From assembly GCF_006345805.1 (NCBI RefSeq), contig NC_043001.1, positions 66,030,001 through 66,094,000 of the forward strand: a stretch of 64,000 nucleotides of DNA, read 5' to 3'. The position numbers were made by a program, and so were the translations under genes. The stretch's first letter is position 1, and each line of letters starts with the position of its first letter. The notes beneath the pieces are model-generated. The model saw nothing but the letters and a program-made list of their open reading frames with translations. It was not told where the DNA came from and made no database searches. The DNA comes from Octopus sinensis. Lineage: Eukaryota. This document shows, in pieces, positions 53,519 through 64,000 of the stretch.

Positions 53519-55715
53519 CTGAAATTCTTCGTATAAAAACAAAGTGTATGTAATAATTGGTGAGTTCAGGAGCGGGGTTTGCTCTCTCCAAGCTATTTCA
53601 GGTTATTGGCTTTAAAATAAGCAAGATCAAGATTCTGTAGTATTTCAAAACGCTACAACATTTCAAAATTTAATAGCTAGAATCAGCGGAATCTAGTGTT
53701 TGCCTGCGTCGGCAAAAATCATTTCGAATTTTTAAATAAGTTTAAAATATGATTCCTGGGTTAGATAGACTATAAATATTCTTTTAATTTATGGTACCAA
53801 CGTGCAATAGTAAATGTTCTAATAGCATTTTCGGAGAGTCACTGCCCTTGTTTTAAGATTCACTGAAAGCTTCAATGTATTAAATTGATGGCAACTTATT
53901 TTGCAACTAAAGTGAATTTGACGTCTGTTACAATATGCACTCGTATATTGTAACTCGTATATTGAGTATATGGAACTTGGAAACTATCTGTGAGATATAA
54001 TTTTCAGAAAAAGGAATTTATTGTAGAGAATTTAACAGAAATATCTCAACGCTACCATTTTCTCATATTGTTTTAATGTATTGAAGCAACGAGAAACAGA
54101 CTTTCCCCACGAGGATTCTAATGTCTTCAGGTTATTCTAACTTGCTAACACCGATTTAGTCATTAATCTATTTCTAAAGAATGAGAATTCTGGTCCGCCC
54201 GACAGTAACCATGTGCCAAACAAATACAGTAATTTTCATCATTGACGGAATAAATCTTAAAATAGGCGAAACCTTGAAAGGAAATTAGTTTTTTGAGTTT
54301 TCTTTTTACCTACGTTTATGTCTGTGAGTCTCTTTTTATCTCTGATTCTTTATATATAATAAGCATCTTAAAAGCTAAGTATGGTTAAATAAATGATAGA
54401 GTCTGTGCTATGAAACGTCAGGTTTACATTCATATTTACTCTGAAATAATGTAAAAATAGTTAATAATATGAAAAATAAAAATGTTCATATCGTTTAATA
54501 TAGAGAAGAAATATCACTTAAGATACATAAATGTACAAAATAACGACACAAAGTACGTTTAGGAAGGAAAGAACCATATTATGGAGCATTGCAGGTCTAT
54601 TTGAGGCCAATTTACTCTTTTATCTTTCAAGTGTCAGTGATATAAGTACAAGTAATGTAATGGCATTAGTTATCTGTTATTCTGTGTTAATTTCAGTTTA
54701 AAACCAACAAAAGCTATAGTTGTCGTGTTATTTTATCTCGCAGCATTGTTGTTATTTTTTTTTTTGTTATGATTGAGAACTTCAAGTAATAATAGTTCAT
54801 AAGTGTAAATTCCTCAAATAAGCACAGAAGCACTTGTGTTGTCAGCATATAAGCATTTTGTTTTGCTTTGAGGGAGTGGAGGCTTCCGGCTTTCAACTTG
54901 TGGACCTGAACACATTATGTAAAAAGTGATAAAATAACAAAGAAAGAAAGGTCGGTAACAGGAAAACACGAAATGCTAAAAAAAGACGACAAAAAATAAT
55001 TAGATTATCTGAACATGTTTTAGAAATGTAAATGTGTTGGGAACTGGTATTAACGGCCGAAAATAGTCGTAAATATTTTAAAGTGACGTTTCAGACAAAC
55101 AAGTAGTAAATCTTTGTAAACGCCAAGAATAGGCAGAAGAAAATGTCAGCAAACCTGGATTAGAAGTGTTGTTTGTTTAAAATCATTTTCTGCACTTTGG
55201 AATCAAATGTTTTGTCAATTGAGTTAGTCTGGGATGAAACTGAGAGTTTAAATTGTGTAAAACAAAAGGCAGGCTAAGTATTATGGAAGAGAAAAAATTA
55301 TAAATTGGCATGAAATGGTTTGATGACAGTGAAAATGTATATGAAAACCATCAGATAGCCTTTATATTGAATATAATAATAGTTTATAATGGAGAAAATC
55401 GTTGAAAACATTTGAGAAGGAGGAAATTAAAAATAGAGGACATATAAATCTAAAATACAAATCTCAGGAGAGAAAATAATAGCATTCGGGGAATTATAAC
55501 TGGAACAAATAAATTAAGTATAAAAGTAAGAACGAACAAAAGCGGTGAAGCTGGGCTTTAAGAATGTTAATGTTCTCTAGAAGAATTTTAATTTCTGTAA
55601 TAGAAAGAAAACAGATATTTACAGAAGGAATTCATTTTACAATTGAAATGCCAAATAATCGTTTCTTTATATTTTTTTCATATTATATTATACATTATAC
55701 ACACACATATGTATG

Positions 55716-55778
<63 letters not shown>

Positions 55779-55959
55779 TGTATGTATGTATATATGTATG
55801 TACATATATATATATATTTATATATATATATATATGCAGGTAGGTATATATGTATATATTAAAGTTAACTTAAAGTGTGTTACAAGCAAACGGGATTGTT
55901 AGGCAGAACTTATACCGATTCATGTGGCGCTAAGCGACTGCGGATAAAAGACCACACAC

Positions 55960-56145
55960 ATACACATACTAGATAAGACGCCAGTCGGTTGCAACTTTAA
56001 TCTCCAGCTGTTGGTACCCATTTTCAGCCGAGCAGTGTGAAGCAATATGAACTGAAACGTTTTACTCAAGAAATATGCCATCCGGCCTAAGAGTTGAACC
56101 TACAATCTTGCGATCGTGAAGTCCACACATTTACCGACTAGGCTA
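55960..56145 (-). mobile_element. Old tRNA-derived SINE
   Basis: A-box tagcctagtcgg and B-box ggttcaactc on the minus strand; aaatgggtacc core. Confidence 0.55.
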
Positions 56146-56639
56146 CGCACCTTATTATATTATATTACATCATATTATATTACATTATATAACAAAATAA
56201 TGCAAAATTTGTGCGTAAATCTGAGGAAGATTTTGATCAGTTTACAACTCAATATCTGGAATTACGAGTATTTCGCCATAAATAATATTCTTAACAATAC
56301 TCCAGCATGGCCGCAATTAAATGACTGAAACGATTAAAAGAATAAAAGAATATGTGGATAAGTTCGTATTTTATTGAAATGATTCCCAGCATTTCGAGTA
56401 ATGTTCACTGTCGGTCAGAAAATTTATTTACAAGCAGTCTCATAACATGGGCTAAGCGTCAGGTCTTTAGTAAAGAGTTTTACTGACGCAGTCATTTACT
56501 AAGTCTTTCGAACTCTTTGGTTTGAAAATATTAGTTCAATAGAATTCTTCAGCTTCCATGTTCTGCAACAGAAATCCGTCAAAGTAAAAAAAAAATGTGG
56601 TTTTGTGATCACGTGTACGCTGTAGTCTGCGATTTTTTT

Positions 56640-57704
56640 TTTGGTCAAGCACTTGAAACAACGAGCCAACGTGAAATTTTCAGTTAAACTTGGGATGCCT
56701 TCTATAGAGATATCGAGCATGCTTCGGCAAATTTACGGTGACGAGGCAATGGGTCGTACGCAATGCTTTGAGTGGCACGGGCGCTTCAAAAGTGGATGAA
56801 CATTCCTGAAAGACGATGAGCGATCTGGAAGACGTGCCACGAGCGTCACACCCGGAAATGTGGAGAAAATTCATCAGCTTGTGCACGAGGATCATCGGAG
56901 GACAATCAACTACATTGTTGATGTTATTGGTCTGTCGTATAGGTCCGTGCAAGCAATCTTAACGTCTGAAAGATGCGGTGCGTCTCTGCCAAGTTTGTAC
57001 CCCGCCTGCTGACAACTGAGCAGAAAGAACATCACGTCGAAGTCTGTCAAGATCTCCGTCAGCGGGCCGCTGATGACCCATCCTTCATGTCGAGGATTAT
57101 CACCGGTGACGAGAGTTGAGTCTATGGGTACGACCCTGAGACGAAGCAGCAGTCGTCACAATGGAAGAGCTCTTGATCTCCACGACCGAAGAAGACACGA
57201 CAGAGCCGCATATTAATCAAGAGCATGCTCATCGTATTTTTTGACATCCGCAGTATTGTGTATCAAGAATTCGTCCTCCAGGGCGAGACCGTCAATCGGA
57301 AGTTCTACTGCGACGTTTGGAAACGTTTGAGGGAGGACATTCGGTGAAATGTACCCTGTCACCGAGCTCTCCTTACTCGTGAGCTTCTCACCAAAAACAA
57401 CATGTTATCGCTTCCGCACTCACCCTGTTTGCCAGAGTCAGCACCTGCGGACTTGCCGAAGATGAAAAAGCAGCTCAGATGTTGTCGTTTTAACGCCGTT
57501 GTCGAGATCCAGAGTGAATTGCAGAAGGTCCCCTATTTGCTTACGGAAAACGGCTTCCAGGCCGGATTCTAAAAGTGACAGGAACGCTGGGACCGGTGTA
57601 TTGCTGCGCATGGTGACTATTTCGAAGGAGATGATGTTAAAACTTAGGAAAATAGTTATTTTTATTAAACATAACTATCCCAAGAACTTTTCGATACCAC
57701 CTCG
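56640..57704 (+). mobile_element. Degenerate mariner with right TIR and TA
   Basis: EQRANVKF, FVPRLLT, IITGDES*VYGYDPETK, MLIVFFD motifs; ends gataccacctcg|ta. Confidence 0.88.
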
Positions 57705-58169
57705 TAGGTGGCGATCAGTAAATAGCCGGAGAAACTGCTTGTCAGTTTTCTTGACTGAGTTCAAATTTCATCGATGTCAATTTTGTCTTTGATCTTTCTG
57801 GAGTTCGATAAAATGTACTGAAGTAGATTCAAGCCACTCTTCCAAACTTTCATCTTTTATCGATAAGTTTCACGGAATTGATGAGCTGGCTGAAAAAATC
57901 AATAGAAAGCCATATTAGTTGTCTGCCGATATTAAGTGACATTCGTCATTTGTATTCTGAGATTGTATCTTACACGGTTCAAATATTCTTTTGATCTTTC
58001 CTGGGCTGATAATTATCAGCTAAGATGTTAATTAACAGTCAAGTTGATAATTACCGGTCAAGTGGATAATTATCCGTCGTGATTTCCTCCTGTCTTTCCC
58101 CTATAAATTATGGAAGACCTACACCAAACAACCGTTTCTCCTCTTATTCTTTAAAAGATAAATTATTAT

Positions 58170-58230
58170 AAAAGAAATCACCACCACCATCACCACTATC
58201 ACCACAACCACCACCACCACCACCACCATT

Positions 58231-58273
<43 letters not shown>

Positions 58274-58376
58274 CCGCCATCAGCATCATCATCATCATCG
58301 CCACCACCACCACCACCGCCGTCGTCGTCGTCGTCGTTGTTGATGTTGTTGTTGTTGTTATTATTATTATTATTAA

Positions 58377-58416
<40 letters not shown>
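58170..58416. repeat. Compound (CAC)/(CAT)/(GTC)/(GTT)/(ATT)n tract
   Basis: Direct reading. Confidence 0.9.
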
Positions 58417-58418
<2 letters not shown>

Positions 58419-58600
58419 GGCAGTGAGCTGGCTGAATCATTAGCTGCTTTGCGGTACTTCGCCCGTCGCTACGTTCTGAGTTCAAATTCCGCCGAGGTCG
58501 ATTTTGCCTTTCATCCTTTCGGGGTCGATAAAGTACCAGTTAAACACTGGGGTCGATATAATCGACACATCCCCTCCCCCAAAATGGCTGCCCTTGTGGC
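58417..58600 (+). mobile_element. tRNA-derived SINE (ggcgagctgg family); decayed copy at about 57706-57845
   Basis: gagttcaaattccgccgaggtcgattttgcctttcatcctttcggggtcgataaa. Confidence 0.8.
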
Positions 58601-60380
58601 AAAATTTGAAACATGGACCACTCATTCCTTGCAAGAAAAAGCGGGGGCAGTTAAAAAATATCAGAAAGATAACATTCGACCTGGCATCATGGCTCTCCCA
58701 GAAGAGGAAAAGATTTCCACCAAAAAGAGAACGGTAATTTATGAGTGCATTAATCGCAAGGAGAGAAAGCCGCTACACTCTGCTCCGGAAGAAGTTAATG
58801 CTATCCTGGATTTTCTCTGGTTTGTAGAGTGCGAGCAGAAGCGGGTAGTCTTGGAGGGTACGAAACCCAGGTGTTACATCTATGGCAAAACTGGCCACTT
58901 GAAAGTTTTCTGCCCCACTGTGGAGAAGTCAAGAGAGGTGTCACACGCTGCTCCAATATTCCCAACACCAAATCCGTTGCAATCCCAAAGAGGAAAGCAG
59001 CGGCAACCATAACGTCAAACACTGGAACAGAGAGGCAATAAGGCCATAAGAAGTCCTACCAACTCCTTGGATATAGAAGGGGCCCCGGGTGAGACAAACC
59101 CACCTGAGTGGGAGATCGTCGAGCGATCTTCAAAAAGGAAAAAGAGGAGAAAAAATAAAGACGTAACCCTTAAATCCCAGACTTGTTTGGTGGCCTCTTA
59201 GCAGATATTTACCGCAACTGGCAGCAGAATTCGTTGCTCTGTAAATCAAGGAGTGGTAGTACTGCTAAGAAACAACCCGAACAAAGGAAGCCTAATAGAA
59301 AATTTTAGGCCCATAAACTCTGCTGAACGCAGATTTTAAAATTTTGGTCAAGGTATTAGCAAAAAGGTTGGTGCTTGTCATCGAAACGCTGATTGATGTT
59401 CAAACATGTGCCAGCCCAAGCAGGTCTGTTCGCGACAACCTCCACCTCATGCAACACATCATAGACAGGGTAAGTAGAGACGATGGTATGGGTAGGGCCC
59501 AGATCAATATTGATGAATCAAAAGCCTTCAAAAGAGTCGACATCCAATACCTGGTGGCTGTTCTGAGGGCTGCTGGTTTCAGTCCCATTTTCGTTGACAG
59601 GTTTGCAGCAATGTACCGCGATATCTGCTCGGTACTTCGGTTGAATGGTTACTTGTCGAAGCCATTTAGTATTATGCGCTTGGTTGGTCAAGAGTTCCTC
59701 TTCTCTCTACTGTATGTATTGGTTCTAGAGCCAGAACTGCAGAACCTGGAGGCGTTGGGAGGCATCCCGCACAAACTAGGATGTGGGAGAACCATGTCGG
59801 CATATGCAGACGACGCCACCGTCGTAGTGTTTAACACCAGGCACATAGACCTGATTGGCTCTACTCTAAAAAGTATATGGGGCGGTGAGAGGAGCAAAAA
59901 TTAACCAAGAAAAGTCAGTGGGTTTGCAGCTCGGTACCTGGAGAGACGGGTCCATACTGTCCAATAACATCGTAGGACGCTCGACAGAGGAACTGCTTAA
60001 ATTGATAGAGGTCTGGTTTGGTCAGGATCTCCAGGTGGAAAAGAACTGGGATGAGGTGACAAGAGGGTAACCAGTCTCACTCAGCAATGGGCCGAGTGAA
60101 AGCTGTAGCTGACAGGTCGGGCAGAGTTATTGAATGCATACATCGCCCCCGTTATAACTTACCGCCTGACCGATGTGTCTTGTCCCAATTTGCGTTTGAT
60201 CAAACTGAAACGCTCTCTGTAGAGGGGGTGCGTTCCACTGGGCAAGCGCTCTATATGTTGTCAAGACCTGCTGATTGGAAAACTGGGCATGCCTTAGCTG
60301 CTAATATGCAGACATACGCTGCAGATACGTCATCTCTAGCGCGTCCTTGACGGTGAACAGATGTGGTCGCCGTTTGTCAG
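58600..60380 (+). mobile_element. Deleted, degenerate L1/Tx1-type LINE (ORF1 knuckle and RT fragment)
   Basis: KPRCYIYGKTGHLKVFCP (decayed CCHC), KVLAKRL, SKAFKRVD, AYADD motifs. Confidence 0.8.
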
Positions 60381-60529
60381 ACTACCTGATGTTGTTGTAC
60401 CCTAATATTTTTTTTTATTGCGTGTTCTCTCTGCATCATTAGTGCAACTTCATATGTCTTACAGGTGCAGAACATAATTTTTTTACAGCTACTTTACAGT
60501 ACTGTGTGTACTTTCAGTACATACACACT

Positions 60530-63290
60530 CACATGCACATAAACACACACATGTATATGTATGTGTGTGTATAAAAACACACAAACACGGACACGCAAGC
60601 GCATAAATATGCAGAATACATACATACAGACGCACACACATGCATACATATATACATATACATACACACACATATATACATACACACACATGCATACATA
60701 CATGCATGCATGCATAGGTACACAGACACACACACATACTGACCCACACACATACGCACAAACAAACAAAAAGGAACGCAGTGTAAATAACAGACAGAGT
60801 GAAGACTATTGAAAAGGTTGCAACACGCAACGAAAAGTTTACGAAAATAAAAACAAGGAATAGGTGGAAATTTTACCGGTGAGTGTGTTACATTATAAGG
60901 CACAAAAAGAAGATTACTCTCCCCAGACACAACAGTATATATATATGTTGCATGACAAAGCTGAGTTCTTGTGAACAACATATTTTGAAGCTATGGGTTT
61001 CATGCAATAGTAGTGGAGGAGCTGCACTCTACTGTTCACAGTCTCTAAGCAAAGTTTAGTATCAAGTACATGGAGTCTATTGTTGGGGTGCTTAGTGGAG
61101 TAATCTATAGTTACCTTGATACTTTGGTGGATGGAGTTAGCTATTTGCTGGATGCTCTCCATTACGTTCTTCTCAGTTTCTACACTACCGTCACAAGAGT
61201 TGGTCCTAACTATAATATTAATGTCATCTATATATCTCAGTTGATTCTGCCCCACCCGGTCACAGAGAGGAAGACCACCTACCATCACTTCAGCAGTGAA
61301 GAAAAGCACAGCACAGCGCTGGAGTGGCTGGACCGCATCCACCCAAAACCCCGAGAACAACAATCAGGTGAAAAAAATGATTGCACATACAATAGGAGCC
61401 AGTGTAAAAACCACCTTGAAGTACCACGTAGTAAAGTTTGACAAAAACTATACATGCAGGTTCAAGGTGCAGCAATCGGTGTCGGTGTAGCTGGAGATGT
61501 GGCCGGCCTCTTCACGACCTGGTAGAACCGAAAAACTTAGACAAATGGTAGAAAAGTCCACACCACTTCTACTTAACAGTAGATATGTAGATGACATTAA
61601 TATTATAGTTAGGACCAACTCTAGTGATGGTTGTATAGAGACTGAGAAGAATGTAATGGAGAGCATCCAGCAAATAGCTAACTCCATCCACCAAAGTATC
61701 AAGGTAACTATAGATTATCCGACTAAGCACCCCAACAATAGACTCCCTGTACTTGATACTGAACTTTGGTTAGAGACTGTGAACAATAGAGTGCAACTCC
61801 TCAACTCCTATTACATGAAACCCATAGCTTCAAAATATGTTGTTCACAAGAACTCACACAACATGAAAATTAACATACTGATAGCAGACTTAAGATAATG
61901 AACAATGTGTCCCCACTATGCGAAAAACATTTACAGAACTTCATGCACCGCATACAGTTCTCTGGATATGATCAGAAAAGTAGGGTTCAAGTATACAGGA
62001 GAGCTAGAAATAAATTAGATAATATACGTAATGATACCAGTGGTACCTGTCCTAGATATAGAAACAAAGAATGGAATAGGATACAAAGAACTTGTGACAA
62101 AGTAAACGGCGAACACGTGGTATAAAACGGACAAATATCAAGAAGTGGTGTTTGTAGAAGCCACAGTCCATGGAGAACTAGCCCATAGATTTAGAAAAAA
62201 CTCAGCATTAAGATTGTTGAAAAGCCAGGGAACTCCGTCAGATCACAACTATGTAGGACGTACCCCTTTGAGAATACCATATGCACCAATGATAACTGCA
62301 TGGTATGTAGGATTAGCCCTGGCATTAACTGTAGAACTAGAAATGTAGTTTACAGCATAAGATGCATAGAAGGTGCTTGTAAAGACATGAACATGACATA
62401 CTTAGGACACATCTAGGAGCAGTGCAGAACGTCTAAATGAACACCTGAGACAATATGACGACAAAACACAGTCCTCCACACTCTAACAACATGCCAAAGA
62501 CCCACATGGAGGCAACATGGGTCAACTTGACATCTGCATCTTATCCAAGCACCCAACAAATACGGGAGTATGTCCTTATAAATGAAACTTCCCTAATACT
62601 AAATAGGAAATATACATAGTAGATATCATATCCCCCATACCAACAGTTTACACAGGTAGAGTAGAATAGTTAGTGGACTGTTATGTAGATAGATGTATAT
62701 GTGTGCGGGTGGGGGTATATGTATATATGTGTATATACACATGTATGTAAGCATATGGATATGAAAATAAACAGATCAACATACAGACGGATAGGTACAT
62801 AGGTTATATGAACAGACAAGCAGACATACGCAAATGGAGACTGAAACACATGATCATATATACACGCACACACTTCACTCCACACAAGGATACATATGGA
62901 GACACGTGCCCACACATATGGAGATGCACATCCATACATACAAACACGACTCTGAATATGCAGAATACATACATACAGATGCACACACATACATATATAC
63001 ATATGCATACACACACATATATACATACACACACATGCGTACATACATGCATGCATGCATGCATGCATAGGTACACTCACACACTGACCCACACACATGC
63101 GCACAAACAGACAAAAGGGAACGCAGTGTAAATAACGGACAGACAGAGTCAAGACTATTCAAAAGGTTGCAGGACGCAACGAAAATTTAGGAAAATAAAA
63201 ATAAGAAATAAGTGGAAGTTTTACCGGTGAGTGTGTTAAATTATAAGGCACAAAAAGAAAATGACTCTCCCCAGTCACAAAAGAATATGC
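60530..63290 (+). mobile_element. Second Penelope-like family: partial direct terminal repeats (about 60530-60935 and 62950-63290), inverted RT duplication, degenerate RT + GIY-YIG
   Basis: RYVDD...LPVLD...YYMKP, FSGY, NVVYSIRC motifs; terminal repeats share gttgc-N5-gcaacgaaa. Confidence 0.75.
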
Positions 63291-63460
63291 TTCAACACAC
63301 GATCTCATATAAAGAATCTTGCGAACCAAATCCAAAAACGAAATATATATATATATATATGCTTATCTGTTATTTAGACATATATATGTATGTATGCATG
63401 CATATATATATATATACAGACACATGTTTGTATATATATACATATATAGATATATGTTAT

Positions 63461-63507
<47 letters not shown>

Positions 63508-63559
63508 GTGTGTGTATGTGTGTGTGTGTGTGTGTGTGAGTATGTATGAGGTGTGTGTG

Positions 63560-63960
63560 TGTAGCCAGTGCCTAATAATACCATCTGTTCATGCTGTTTA
63601 TGTAAATTGTTTTGGGGTTTGCATTGTTATTTGTTTGTATCTCTTCTTATCATTCTCGAGGGGATTCTTTCTGTTTTGAATCACTGCATTCTGGATACCC
63701 CTATTTCCAAGTCTTTAAAGTAAGGTAGTTTGTCTATTTCTTTCAAGTGTATATTGTCGTCAGTTGATATTGATATAACCATTATGAGATATATATTTTT
63801 CCTGCTGGACTTATTATCAAGGGATTTACCTAAATATCTTTGTCTGAGTTATTATGTCTCACGTCATTATCTTAGACGTTTGTAGCATGTATTTGTGTTT
63901 CCTCTCTACCGGAGTATTTCATGTCACTGCCATAGCACCCGGTATACAAGGGTCTTCTTT
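63560..63960 (-). mobile_element. Highly decayed R4/Dong REL fragment
   Basis: QQENIYLIMVISISTDDNIHLKEIDKL..KDLEIGVSRM. Confidence 0.6.
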
Positions 63961-64000
63961 TTTTTTTAATTTATACGTTCTGTTTAGCTCAGATTGAGCA

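Overview
Repeat-dense, AT-rich eukaryotic DNA. The tRNA-SINE families, (TATG)n/(TA)n/(TAA)n load and TE mix suggest an octopus or other cephalopod intron or intergenic region; this is inference, not a database result. No host protein-coding gene could be identified with confidence, only a few candidate minus-strand exons. Most listed ORFs are microsatellite artefacts or transposon fragments. Recognisable content: one near-full-length and about seven partial R4/Dong-type (RT-REL) retrotransposons, all on the minus strand and mostly tied to (TAA)n tracts; four to five L1/Tx1-type pieces; two Penelope-like element (PLE) families (RT + GIY-YIG); four mariner relics, one with both TIRs and TA TSDs; Helitron pieces; many tRNA-derived SINEs; and several fold-back/MITE hairpins. 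The most striking observation is a 476-bp palindrome at 46411-46886 (236-bp arms, 4-nt loop). Each arm carries a complete type-I hammerhead ribozyme motif, one per strand. The palindrome shares a CGCCATG / pyrimidine tract / hammerhead layout with PLE terminal repeats elsewhere in the window.
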